NCBI RefSeq assembly: GCF_006345805.1
Contig: NC_042999.1
Coordinates: 47,678,001-47,742,000 of the forward strand
DNA length: 64,000 bases
Direction: 5' to 3'
From: Octopus sinensis
Lineage: Eukaryota
This document shows, piece after piece, positions 1 to 14,749 of the stretch. Each line of letters begins with the position of its first letter. Position 1 is the first letter of the stretch. Below the pieces are notes generated by a model. The model was not told the origin of the DNA. It did not search any database and was given only the letters and a program-made list of their open reading frames with translations. The translations under genes were made by a program, and so were the position numbers.

Positions 1-1120
1 AACACCTAACAAAGACAACCACTGTCATGTTTAAACTGTTGTTTATGTAAAGTCGAAATAATTATTTTAATCTAGACATCGCTCCTTTCTTTTGCTTGAT
101 TGGCAAACCACAACCATTGACAAAAAGATTCAACTGTTATAAACGAAGATTGTGTCACCGATCTAATGAACAGCACACTTTTAAGTGGAGCCTGTAAATT
201 TACATAGAGCGTGCATACACCATCGTAATCAATCATCTGAGAAGATGGTCAGGTTCACTTTAGGTCAGAAAGTTGATGAACGAATAGCACAAGTTTCGAA
301 TTGCTACGTTTGAATGGAGTGAAATAGGAATTTAACCATCAAAACAGAGAACAATCTATTCTTGAATTTGAAGCAGATTACGGCTATACTTATAATAAAT
401 ATGGAAACTATATAACGTTTTATGAAACTGCAGAATAGAACAGCATTTACAAATATTTAAGAAGAGAAAATTATGCTGAAAGACAATAGATAATTTCAAG
501 CAATATTCAAGACAACTGAAAGAGAGAAATATACAGAAATCTTCTGTTCACAATTATGTGCATTGTTTCCGGATATGTAGGGCAGCAGACGAGATACTCT
601 CACCATACAAAAATCCTCGAAAGTGGACATATCTGTAAAGAAAATGAAAGATTGTTGTCTAGACATAAGTGGATAGCCGTGTGATGAGCTTTTGCTTCAA
701 CAGTAGTCATCAGCTTGACAATTGTTGAACTGTATCTGCAGTAGCCGAAGCAGCACCATTTTGGCATGAACAGTTTCCATTATTTGACTATAATAAAACA
801 TTCAACGCAAAGACTAGTGGCATGTATATCGAGAACATAAACATATACGGATAAACATATACGCATAATATAAATTCTGGATGTATTAAAATCCTCTCTG
901 CGTTTGTAGGATGTGTCACGACAGAGAGAGGGAATCGTTTCTACCATTGTCCAGAAAATAATCATTACTAATCCCTTTTTCCATCGTAGTAGGTCAGATT
1001 TGGAGAATTCCTGATTCTGTCATTTCGTAACAGCAAAATTTCCACAGGGAATGAAAATAATTTCAATCAATAGAAGTAATTCGTATGATATTTCATTTAA
1101 CTGTATTTGTTTTTATGCAT

Positions 1121-1212
<92 letters not shown>

Positions 1213-1723
1213 ACACACACACAGAATCACAAATTTGGTCATCACTCTTATTGCAAAGGAGAGATGAAAACTTAGCCGAGTTACAATCAAGCCTGTCACT
1301 GAATCGAAAAACGAGTGGCGCAACAGAAGAAGTATTAATGGGAAATAGCAATCCGCGTATTATTCTCATTGCAAATACAAGACCAAAATATAACTCAACT
1401 GCGGTATTCGACCGGAGATTGTATCTCTTATGAGCCGGCTCTGTTAAAAAAACTCAAACACAAAGCTAGCAGGCGAAAATCATCCAACATTGGTGGTACG
1501 GATTTTAGAAAAGCATTTATACCATTTTAGAATCTGTCATTTGCAAATAATCATAGTTTGCATACTAAGACAAAATGATATATCACTAAGGATGGAGTTT
1601 TTCAGCATAAGGAACCTGCTAGTATCACAGTCGCAAAAGATAGAAATGAAAACCTAGCATTCTCGCTACCACTAGATGTAGATTGGCTTCTGATATATTT
1701 ATGGTATTTGAAACAGTGCATCT

Positions 1724-1791
1724 ATGGAATCGCTGCTATCATCGGTTTTCTAAAAGGCCGTTGGAAAAACCGATGATAGCAGCGACTCCAT
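1724..1791. repeat. Isolated ~68-nt hairpin (about 30-bp stem, 7-nt loop)
   Basis: atggaatcgctgctatcatcggttttctaa-[aaggccg]-ttggaaaaaccgatgatagcagcgactccat; arms are near-perfect reverse complements. Confidence 0.85.
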
Positions 1792-2007
1792 CTAAGTATA
1801 TCTGAAGTAGGAATTTTATTCCGGAATATCATCAGACTATGGATGACTAAATTACAAGAGGTATATATTCCATTGTTTGTATTATAGTGCATTGTTGGAC
1901 CATTCAGAACTTTTTATGTATGTATATATATATATGTATGTATGTATATATATATATATGCATATATATATATATATATATATCGATTGTGTATATATAT
2001 ATACATG

Positions 2008-2038
<31 letters not shown>

Positions 2039-2131
2039 GCATATATATATATATATACACTCAATCTATGTATATACATACATATATGCATATATATACA
2101 TATATATATGCGTGTGTGTGTTTGTGTGTAT

Positions 2132-2170
<39 letters not shown>

Positions 2171-2680
2171 AATTAACCGTATTAAGTATCACCAATATTA
2201 GAAGCATTCGACGGAAATCAAATTCTTGAAAATTTTGAATATGCGATATAACATAAGAACCATTATGCAGGTTTATATTTTGATTATAGATACAGCTATG
2301 ACATATTTGGTACAATGCTGTATAAACTTATTTCACGTTCGATCATCTTATAAATATATGTTTATAAACAAAGCCGAATTTGAAATCGAATTTACAAGAG
2401 ACAATTATGAGGGGTTTTTTTTTTGTTTGCAGAAGCTTTCGCTGAATCATATATTCAATATAGCATACCAAAACTCATATATGATATATAAATACTTTTG
2501 GCTTAAGCGAAATTGTGATTCAAAATCTATCTTTTAAAATCTTCGGAAATAAATTGAGTAGCATCATGTTGGAAATGAAAGTATTCGCATATATTCTTTT
2601 CATAAACTAAATACGCACAAACACGGAGATAAACTCAGACGAAACACATACACTCGCAATTCCACACACACACGCATATG

Positions 2681-2742
<62 letters not shown>

Positions 2743-2775
2743 TATTTATATATATACATATATATATATATATAA

Positions 2776-2808
<33 letters not shown>

Positions 2809-3380
2809 GTATGTATGTGTGTGTATATATATACATATATATATATGTATGTATGTGTGTGTGTTCGCGCGTCATATGTATATATTTACATATAATTAGA
2901 CACACACGTCACGCACTATTTCATATTTGTTTAACAGTTTATTGAAAACGAGTATAGCTCACAAGAATATGAACAAAGAAATAAGTTAGTAAATGTATTG
3001 CGGTCGTAACTGTATTTTTTTTTTATACTGACGCTGACTATTGGCAGATACACCAATATAATCCAATTCAAATATGATGAAAATTACAATAATTTTATAA
3101 AGCAACATAATCCAGCTGAAAATTGAAATAATGTTTTGTGTGAATATATCAACACGTGTCTAAAGAATTAGAAGCGTAAATTGATCAAATATCAGATTAC
3201 GTATCACACCGAAATATTCACTCATAACCTATATGCATCAAACTGTCTCTCTCTCTTCCCATTCAGCCCTCTCACCCTCTCTCTTTCTTCCTGTATGTAT
3301 ATACATACACACGCAGACTCATATATATGCATATATGTGTATATATTATATATATATATATATATGTATGTATGTGTGTG

Positions 3381-3444
<64 letters not shown>

Positions 3445-4589
3445 CTGAGCGTGTCGCAAATTTAAGAGAGAGGAGAAAGTTAGAGAAATAGCGTGGCAGC
3501 GAGAAGGGTTTTGAGAATGATATCACAAAAGCCGAATGTATAACTGATCGTACTAAACCTGGAGGAAAATCTCTTGCTTGAGCTGCTTCGAAATTCCAAA
3601 GGCAAGACCTTTACATTGTTAGCGGTGTTTCCTGCAGCAATGGAAGCTATAGCTGCAGCTGTAGAAGTACATTGCAGACTGATAATATTCTCGTATAACA
3701 GCTTCTCTCTGTGTGAATAGAGTCTAGATTCTTATTGAAATTCATATGCCAAACTGAGATGTTTGGCTATAGAGAAACTATATATGCCATGTACATTAGG
3801 TAGGTAGTTTCAAGCTAATGCAAGAATAATTACATGTGAGTATGATTTTCGATAAATTTCCTCGCAAATTAGTCTGTACTATACTTTAAAAGAACCCAAC
3901 AAAACAGGAAAGATACATTACATAAAATTATTCCCGCCATACTGTTCTTGAAAGAACACGAATCACAGAACATATTTCCGTATATTTATGTTCATCAAAG
4001 CGGAGCTGAAAGTTAAACAACATTAAAATAGCTGAATTTTTTTATGGATACGTATAGCGAAAGTTATACCGATTTTTTTTTTATGGATTTATATTGCGAA
4101 AGTTATATAGATTACAAATCATTATAAATATTATTTTTTGCGTTATAAATAAAGTGCTAAATTATATTGATCTGACATTTTGCTGCACGTCTGTCAGGTT
4201 AGTAACTAATATTTATAACAAGGGAGTTTGTAAATGTATTTAATATGATGTGTCTCAAATATTTACCAATGAATATCACTAATATTCGGTGTGATTTTGT
4301 TTTTGCTCACCTCATTATGATTTTCTAGTTAGGTTTCGATGCTTCTTGCAATAAATATGAGAACATTAAACTTATTGTTTATAAATAGTTCTTACATGAA
4401 AAGCGGAATTCGATTAATTAGTAGAAAACTCTTCACTCAACAATCAAGAATATTTTAAAGTTTGCACCCTATTAAGCAAAAGACAGTCTGAATGCATAGA
4501 AACATGAAAATATTGAGAGAATCTTGTTTTTTTTCTCAATAAATAGCATGTACACAAGTGATGCCTATCGTAACTCCAGCAATAGCACA

Positions 4590-5730
4590 ACACGTTCAAC
4601 GATTATTTAATTGAGGCAAGCGAAACAAACATTAGCTTAGAGAAATGGTTCAGCCAGAACACTGGTAAGTATTTTAACACGTACGGTTAATAATAATTTC
4701 AATACCAAGAAAATCTTAGATTTATTGAACTAGTTTCCATTTCCAGAGAAGACAGGAAAATCGTTTGCTGGTAAGTGATACCAAATAAAAATACAAAAGC
4801 CAAGAAATCGAACTACTCAGGGGGCATCCTTTATTTTCTTGCCATGTTTAAAAAGAACACAAAATACCAGACATTCATTTTCTGAAAAGGACGTCTCTTT
4901 ATCATTTGCGAGTCTCGACATTCCCGCCATTTCTCATTTGAGGTTGGTCTGAAATGACCGAGGTCACTTTTTCTCAAGCATAGTAAAAGAAAAAAACTGT
5001 AGAAAGAACTTAATGATACGCAGGCCCATTATGGAACTTTGCCATCACAATTCTGTATTTGCTTACTTTATAAGTGTGGACAATTCTGAAAATACTTTTC
5101 CCAAGTGACAACTTGCTGAAATATGCTTTAAGCTTCAGAGATATGGACATGTTGTGAGAGATAAAAATGCAAATACAACGCCTTTAACAGCAAAGCGAAA
5201 TCACAGATTTTGTAAAGAAATTTTAACATATATATTTTGGCATGATACCAGGTGACTACGACAAAGCTTGAACACCCCCTTAAGTGTAAAACATGAGCTG
5301 AAACTTTGAGATAGTGACTATTTCAAATAATTTAAAAGAAAGTTTTCAGCTTTGTCCTGTCAGAAAATTAAGGCAGGTGGATATTGCAGGACGAGCAATT
5401 TTGGAGACCTTGTCTGACTTTGAAAAAGAAGCATTCAATGTTTTTGTTGTTGTGCCTGATTTTCTGGGAAACAAATAGCCATTAAATTATGAAATCTTGT
5501 GCCGACCTTGTTGACCAGTTTTGGAGCACTAGACGCCAACATGAGCGTAAAAATACATTTTCTGCACGGTAATCTTTAATACTTCACTGAAAATCAAAGT
5601 GCAATAATTGACGAGCGTGTGAAAAGGTTCCACTAAGACAGAGAGACCATACAGACTAAAACTCAAAGCAGGTAGAACACAGACCTGCTGTTTAACTACT
5701 GGTCTCAGCAAAGAGACCGCCACACTGCTA
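4590..5730 (+). pseudogene. Decayed DNA-transposon transposase, CMC-Chapaev-3-like
   Basis: Broken translation gives ...PDFLGNK*PLNYEIL...FGALDANMSVKIHFLHGNL*YFTENQSAIIDERVKRFH*D..., matching the FLGN...NMSLKIHFLHSHLDFFPENLGAVSDEHGERFHQD motif I recall for Chapaev3-type transposases; many stops and frameshifts; 5' boundary approximate. Confidence 0.6.
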
Positions 5731-7615
5731 GTTATTCACGCAGAAAAGCAAACAAAGTACACGTTTTGAGTAGCTAAAACTCCAATTTCACAGAAATATC
5801 TTTCCCGAGATGTGTAAACTTTGTGAAATATTTTTGTTAAACAATAAAGGTTTAGTTGAATTAGAGGTTAAATAAGGGGATAGAAGGATAGAAATATCCA
5901 TTAGACTACCGGTATATTACCTATATTAAACCATGGGCATACATATGCAAACATATAATGTTCATACGTTAGAGGTGACGAAAAGGATGAACAGGGGTTT
6001 ATAAAAAATCAAAATTTAAAGAAAACAGAAAATGGAATAGTATTGATGAACAACAACTGTTATTTAGTAATTCAATGCAGATAAACTGCATCCCATCTAA
6101 CAGCTGTTTCTGCTTCAAATGTTGTATGGTATTGCCATTGATATGCTAAAATATGCAAAAATATTAATCAAAATTATGTTAAACAATAAACATATTTGGT
6201 AATAAAACCGATCTGAAGCATAAAAAAGAGCATAGAGAAGAAAAAGGAAACGCTGAATATGGTTGTAATCATGCCATTTTGCTTGTGTGATTTTTGGGCC
6301 GTTAACTAAAAGACTAAAACAAAATAGCGATTAGTGGATTAATCCTTTGTACGGAAATGGTGAAGTAAAAAAATAAATAAAAACAAAAATTATAGTGGGA
6401 TACGCCAATAGGTTTCAGTCAAGAACAGAAGTAGATAGAATGAGGTTTTATATTAATCACAATAATTTATGATAGTTATGTTTGTAGTACTACTTAATAG
6501 TATTTATCATAATAAAGTTTTAATAGGTTAAATGCAATTTATTTAATTACCAGTAGGTAGAAAGCCCTTCCATCTGTCGTCCGAAGGGAGATAAGCTAAG
6601 GTCCAACGTTCGATATAATTGGGCAGTTGAAATTTAAAAAAAAAACCAACATTTGAAACCGTTATACAGGGTGAAATAAGTAAATGAATAGAACGATGGT
6701 GTATGTTGTAATCCAGTAAATACTGGATTAAAAAAATAATATTATAGAATAAATATTGAGAGAGGAACCTATTCAGACATTTAGGACATTAGACGGTTAC
6801 AGTTGGAAACGGTCCGGCAGTTTATTAATATGAATGTGGAATTAATAAAAACAATGAAACGAATTAGTACCCTAGGGAAGTTATTGAAATATTTCTGGTT
6901 AAGGGGAGGTAATGTCTAGGGTAAGTGACCATCATCAGTGATGCTGGTTGCAGTACACTCCAAAAAAGAATTTGACTGCTAACCTAACTAACAACTAATT
7001 TTCCAGCTAGTTAATTAAACGATCTTAAAATTAGTCAGCCTAGTGGTCAATTAACTAAGGAAAAGTAGATATCCCTAATTAAATTAATAATTATGATTTA
7101 TATTTTAATTTAAAATTAAAATACTTGCAGATTGTTTTTACAGATGTAAACACTTGCTACAATTTTCTCATGAATTCTTACACAAAAAAAATATTCAACA
7201 TACATATAAATGTATATACACACACTCGCACACTTACGGACGAATAGAACGATCGTGCTTCTTCCGGGGGATAAACTCTGGAAAGCAAACTTGACTTGAT
7301 AAAAGAAAACTGTCCGTGGTTTTGAGATCAACATGTTTGTGTTAATCTAAATCAGGTGAATAAGGCAAACAACAGTATTTTGTTGAAACTTGTTGCCCTG
7401 TATTATAATTACATGACGTATTCCAAAGGATAACAACTGATTCAATAAATGTGTTCACCTTTATACCACCTGCCATTTATACTTCCTCATAAAATAATCT
7501 CATTGACCGGATCTCCGGGATTTCATCTGCATGAAGCTCTGCATTATACTCATTGTATTACTATGCGATCTACTACTCAAGAACGCTAGGTCAGCTTTCT
7601 ATAATAGCCACATTA

Positions 7616-7841
7616 GTGAGCTGGCAGACACGTTAGCGCGCCGGGCGAAATGCTTAGCGGTATTTCGTCTGTCGTTACGTTCTGAGTTCAAATTCCACCG
7701 AAGTCAACTTTGCCTTTCATCCTTTCGGGGTCGATAAATAAAGTACCAGTTTCGCACTGAGTGGCGATATAATCGACTTAATCTCTTCGTCTGTCCTTGT
7801 TTGTCCCATCTATGTTTAGCCCCTTGTGAGCAGTAAAGAAA
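7616..7841 (+). mobile_element. tRNA-derived SINE family 1 (ggcggcgagctggcagaaacgttagc head)
   Basis: A-box-like agctggcaga, B-box gagttcaaattcc, central ctttgcctttcatcctttcggggtcgataaa block; recurs at 44151, 45586, 46921, 60505. Confidence 0.9.
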
Positions 7842-9544
7842 TATATAATATGTAGTGTAATATAATATGTAGTAATATAGATGTAGTGCAATATATGAAT
7901 TCATATATTACACTACAAATATGCGTGTTTGTGTGTCGTGTGTGTCTGTGTGTTTGTGTGTGCGAGTGTGTGCGTTGGTGAACGTGTGTCTCGCGTGCGA
8001 GTGCGTATGCGTGTGTGTGCTTTTGTTTGTGTATGCATGTATGTATGCATGTCTGATTGCATGCATAAAGACAGGGTGTGATATAATACAAGCCCCATAC
8101 GTTTCCATTTTACAGCCAGTGAAGTCATTTATATTACAAATATTAAATTATGTATGAAAGATTAGATAATTAGTTGAATGATTTCACAGGCCTATTACGA
8201 GAAATAAAGTTATTAACCTCGGTTAATGAAAGGGAAGTTTCAACAGGACGGAATTTTGAACTTAGTGACAAGCGAGATGTATACATATCTAGCAATTCGA
8301 ATCATTCCTATTCATGTTGTCCGCCAGAGTTTTGTAATATTGATCTCTTATACTAACTAATTTTGATTTCTTACATTAAGTTAGATAATAAAATGTACCT
8401 TATGATTCCGAGCGGAGTTGAATCACGACCCCCTATTCTTGAAGTTAATATGATACTGTTGATCACAGAGTAAATGTATAAATTCAAATGTAAGTTTCCA
8501 CTGCAAGTATATTTTGTGCAAGTGACATTATATTGAATAGATTCAATCCCATGAGATCCAGATGAAGATTTCAATAATTAATATAGACTCCATTTCTGAA
8601 AAGTGTAAGCGAGAGGTTATAAGGAGTTGAAGTACAGTCTAAATATAAAGGAAATGAAACACACGAGATGAAAAGCAACTGCATTCAATGCATTTGCATT
8701 TCATCTTATTGTCTGATAATATACGGTATCTCGAATTTAATAGGTAGATGAAATATAATTCTCTGACTGTGATACGCGAAGTCAACGAGGGAATTTGAAG
8801 TGAAATAGCTATGATTAAGAATCAAACTCGCTATGCACGTCATCTCACAGATCTTAAAGTGTTACATATCTTGCATTGGTTCTGTATTGTATTTATATTT
8901 AATATGAAATAGTAGACATAGATGAACATGAAAAATATACGAAATGCTGTTATAACATTCTTAAACTTTGGAAAGTAATATGCAAAATGCTACCATTTCA
9001 ATAATACTGTGATGTTGAAGAAGAAATAATAGAACTCATAATGTTTTCTCTGAGTTTCATATATGACACTAAGAAATGATAAATTCCAAATAAGAATGAA
9101 GGAATTAAATTTATGACTGATAGTATTTGTAACAACCGTTCTTTTTTTGCCAATAGATTTAATTTCTGATATTCTGCTGTCTGAAAATTCTTAATTTGAA
9201 AACTAAACACAGCTAACAACATCGGATCTAACGAAGTTTGCAACAGTGATTTGTTTTGCTCGTTGTTACATTGGTTGTTGTATTCAAAGCTTTCTACTTC
9301 CAACGTATATATTAAAATTTTAAAGCTCATGTATATAGCTACAGGCATCTTAACTAAGTAGCACTACCATAAGCCGTTGCACATTCTAGGCTGCTCATAA
9401 TCAGAATATTAGAAAATTATATGAATCGCAGTAAAAAAAATACACTTACACAACCATACATGCTAGTCATATTTGAAAAAAGCAAACCAGTTTTATAAGT
9501 AATATTCTATTTTCCTTTCGTAATTCACATACACACACATATGT

Positions 9545-9593
<49 letters not shown>

Positions 9594-10103
9594 CATATAT
9601 ATATATATATATACATATATATAAATTTCGTCTCTCTGTCCCTCTCTCTCTTTCACGCTCTCCTTCATTCTCTCTGTATAAATACACATATACATACATA
9701 TGTGTGGGTGTGAGTGTGTGCATGTATGTACGCATGTAATGTTAATACCAAGAGAGCGTACGACTTTCCTGAGCAGTCTTTTACAGACAGCTTCCAAATA
9801 AGTACTTGGAGCGATAGCCGCTCATTTAACTCTCACCAAAGCACACTCCACCCTCCGCAACAAAAAAAGATCGCAACAAAAGAATATTAACACGCATCTA
9901 TATTCTTCACCTCTCTCTCTCCTTCCACATCTCTTTCTGTTTCTCTTTCACTCATACACTCTTATAAAAGCAAAAACACACATAAATATGCATAAATACT
10001 TGCACACACACACACACATGTATCTGTCACCGCATACATATGCACATGTCTTTACACATGCATATACATGTGTGTTTGTGTATTTTATATATTGGTATAC
10101 GTA

Positions 10104-10138
<35 letters not shown>

Positions 10139-10221
10139 CTACTTATCTATCTATCCATATACATATTTACAAACACACACCCTTATATAATTACATATAT
10201 ATATACACATACACACACACA

Positions 10222-10303
<82 letters not shown>

Positions 10304-10880
10304 GAGACCCACACTCACACATACACGCATACACGCATACACACACATGCAACGATAATAATTTTCAAGCATACATAAATAATTATGCAAACGCTCAAGG
10401 CTTTAAGTCTACATTTATATCCATTGGAAATTTCATGCGAAATATAATATGCGTGTAAAACATGCCAAACTAGTTATTAACTGTGCGGTCTCCATCGTAA
10501 ACAGTGTTGCGATTTCTGTTAGCACTATTTTTTGTTATTTCTCTATTGATCAAAATATTGCCTGTATGTTTACATCTCAAACTATATAACTAATATACAT
10601 ACATACATTCATACATGCAAGCACACACATATAAACATAAACTTGTACACTTGCATATACTTTATATATAGGGAGGGTGTGTGGCCTAGTCGTTAGGGTG
10701 TTGCTCTTGAGGAATCCATTTCATCTCCCGTCGTTCTGCGGTAAAATGGACATCTGCCGCGCAGTACACAGTGCAGGTCTTCGGGCAAACATATTTGAAC
10801 GGCACATATATTTAATCACTATAAAAATTTATGTGGGCAAATTTTTAATACATACATACATACATACATACATACATACA

Positions 10881-10958
10881 TAAAGGAGGATGGTGGTAGC
10901 TTGTGAAAGATGGTTCTGCAATAAACTACCTTTCTCAAGCTACCACAATCCTCCTTTA
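10881..10958. repeat. 35-bp-stem hairpin inside a (TACA)n/(TGTA)n microsatellite
   Basis: taaaggaggatggtggtagcttgtgaaagatggtt-[ctgcaata]-aactacctttctcaagctaccacaatcctccttta; 4 non-Watson-Crick positions. Confidence 0.85.
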
Positions 10959-11416
10959 TGTATGTACGTATGTATATATGTATTATGTATATATATACTC
11001 TCTCTTTTACTGTATTACTTGTTTCAGTCACTTGAGTGGGGCTGTGCTGGAACACCGCCTTTTGTCGAACTAATCTATCCCAGAACTTATTCTATGTAAG
11101 CCTAGTACTTATTCTATCGGTCTTGCCAAACCGCTAAGCAATGCTGGGGGACAAACACAGACACGCAAACATATACACACACATACATATATGAATATAT
11201 ATATATAATGATAAATCGCAGAGCGAGTTATAAACAGTAGCAGCAACACATCGTGACGTATATTTGCCATTTGAATATGGCTAACCCCTAAGGGTGGATG
11301 CTACTGTAGTTTGTAGCCGCAGGAGGACACCTCCTCTAGCTGGCTATAGACACACTTTCTCTGCCCTATCAGTATTTGCAAAGGGAAGCCATCCTTCCCG
11401 TCTTCAACTTATGATA

Positions 11417-11461
11417 CACACGGACTCGAGTTTCAGGGTATTGACCCGTCATCGGTGTGTG
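11417..11461 (-). ncRNA. Minimal type I hammerhead ribozyme (CCGAUGA variant)
   Basis: Reverse complement: cacaca CCGATGA cgggtcaataccct GAAA ctcgag TC cgtgtg; stem I has an A-C mismatch next to the core. Confidence 0.65.
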
Positions 11462-11555
11462 ACAATCATAGTTGCCGATGAGAAGTAGGTTCCCTTCACA
11501 AATACATATACCTTTCCCAGTATCGATTGACACATATATTGACAAATATGATTGT

Positions 11556-11600
11556 CACACGCCGATGACGGGTCAATACCCTGAAACTCGAGTACGTGTG
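11556..11600 (+). ncRNA. Minimal type I hammerhead ribozyme (CCGAUGA variant)
   Basis: cacacg CCGATGA c-ggg tcaata ccc-t GAAA ctcgag TA cgtgtg: 6-bp stem I, 3-bp stem II, palindromic stem III ACTCGAGT, GUA cleavage triplet. Confidence 0.75.
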
Positions 11601-11763
11601 TATCATAAGTTGAAGACGGGAAGGATGGCTTCCCTTTGAATATACTGATAGGACAGAGAAAATGTATCTATAGCCAGCTGGAGGAGGTGTCCTCCTGGGG
11701 CTACAAACTACAGTAGCATCCACCCTTAGGGGTTAGCCATATTCAAATGGGAAATATACGTCA

Positions 11764-11994
<231 letters not shown>

Positions 11995-12562
11995 GGACTG
12001 TTTTCTTCCAGTTTCCGTCTACCAAATCCAGTCACAAGGATTTGTTCGGTGAGACTATAGTAGAAAACACTTGCCCAATGTGCCACGTAGTGGGACTGAA
12101 CCCATGAACCATATGGTTCGTAAACAAGCTACTTACCAAAGAGCCACTCCTACGCCTATGTATGTATGTATACATGTATTTATGTATGGATGTATGTATG
12201 TATGTATTTGTGTATCTATACACCATTTCATACATAAACATAACCGTACTTATATGTGAGTTCCAACGGACCTGCGACTTAATAAGCGTGTGTACAAAGG
12301 TTTATGGGATGATTTACTGATTGCAAAACCATGAGTGTAGAATGAGTTATCAAGATCATATTTATGAATGTCATTTGTAAAATTTAAATAGTAATAAGTA
12401 TGTCTCTACGACGATAACAGCATTTCTGTTTTTTTTTTTTACTTTTATGCCATTTATACGCATAAATTCAATCTGAGACACACACACGAGCGCGCGTACA
12501 CACACACGCACAAACATACATACACTAATACAAACGCGCAAATACATAGATGTAAATGTATG

Positions 12563-12643
<81 letters not shown>

Positions 12644-12645
12644 AT

Positions 12646-12716
<71 letters not shown>

Positions 12717-12717
12717 T

Positions 12718-13156
<439 letters not shown>

Positions 13157-13444
13157 TGTGTATGTATGTATGTATGTATGTATGTATGCTTGCTTTTCAT
13201 TCGGCGTGCGTTCGGGCATAAATATTAAAACATATATGCATACATGAATTCAAACAGAAACTACTATCTTTGCTAATATGTTATACTTATGCCGTTATCC
13301 CCAAACCTAGAGGTTGCTATAGGTACGAAAGCAAATATTCAATAAGGCTCGCACATACCCATACATTCGCCCATACACAATTATATCCACGCACAAATAT
13401 ATTTGCAAAAGTAGCACATATTAGAGAACAGTACACAGAACATT

Positions 13445-13488
<44 letters not shown>

Positions 13489-13498
13489 ATATATATAT

Positions 13499-13529
<31 letters not shown>

Positions 13530-13957
13530 CATATATGTATATATTTCTGTATATGCATACAAGTTCAACTATGCAATTTATATGTATTTTCTTTCCTTTT
13601 TCGTCCCTGTGCGGTTGGAAACATTTTCGATTTTCGTATCTTGCAGATTTGTTTCAAATCCTTTCAACCTAAATCAGATTGATCCTTCAAGTATTAGATG
13701 AGATATTATTATCTCAAAATGTAATACTTTTGCTTGCTCCTAGCTTTTCAGTATGCCGACATATCATCTGAAATGTAATAATCTGTTCTTGTTTTTCTTG
13801 GTAGATTAGGTCTCTTTGACTCAAGCATACACACGCATATGCATGTATATACACACGGACACAAACATATACACAGGCATACATATACACATTATGTACG
13901 CGTGTATGTGTGTGGATAGATATGCATACGCACGCATGTATTAAATATATATATATA

Positions 13958-14017
<60 letters not shown>

Positions 14018-14030
14018 GTTTATGTATGTA

Positions 14031-14455
14031 CGTGGTCTGATCAATAAATATCCGGACTACTACCATAGTAACGAAGGTAAAGCACGTAGAATAATGCCGC
14101 TTGGTAAAGATTGACGTTGAACTCTGGTGTGCGTGCGCACAAAGTTTTGAATGTTATAGTTCATTTCCGCCATCTACAGGAGTGCTTTCAACGAAGTTGT
14201 GTAGCGTGTGATCGTCGCCTTGACTATGGCATAGAAGGTTGAGTAGAGAATCTGCATCAAGTTTTGCCAAAATCTTGGCGATACCTGCTCGTTCTCGACA
14301 CAGTCAAGGAGATCTTGTGCAACTGAAACCCTAGTCTCTTTTTGGTCAGCTGAAAGCATTTGGGCACTAACTTGGCAGACACGCGACTCATAATGAAATC
14401 TCCAGTAATAATGGATTGAACTGAATCGTAATTAATCTGCACATCCTCTGACAAC
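14031..14455. mobile_element. Mariner-type DNA transposon remnant with internal inversion
   Basis: TA followed by TIR-like cgtggtctgatcaataaatatccggac; + strand MA*KVE*RICIKFCQNLGDTCS (14226-14291); - strand LSEDVQINYDSVQSIITGDFIMSRVSAKLVPK/LSADQKETRVSVAQDLL (WVPxxL-motif region) at 14291-14455. Confidence 0.8.
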
Positions 14456-14749
14456 AAAAGGATTGTAATTGTTGGTACAGCAATGATTGTGAGCACCACC
14501 AATGGAGGAAACAAGTAACATTTCCAGGCAGAATTTAATCGAGCTGCTCGAAAATGTACCATCAGTACAGTGAATTAGGAGATCTTTTCCTGTAATATAT
14601 GCGCGCGTGTACTCTTCTGAACAGCTAGGTTTATTAGTTACAGGAAGTATGTAGAGGATTTTATGAGAGCACAATGTTCTTAATAGTCAGTGATAGTCTT
14701 CCTTGGTCGTGAGTTGAGAGAGAGTGAAGGAGAGAAGAAGAGAGAGTCG

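Noticed and set aside
1500-1720. Possible LINE RT remnant (LSFANN resembling LRFADD)
   Set aside because: Too degenerate to support without a search.
1808-1842. Possible HHR on minus strand (agtCTGATGAtattccggaata...)
   Set aside because: No GAAA after the stem and no stem III.
11294-11723. Pair of near-identical convergent ORFs (MDATVVCS...)
   Set aside because: By-product of the inverted repeat of element A; GTG starts and no recognisable protein motif.
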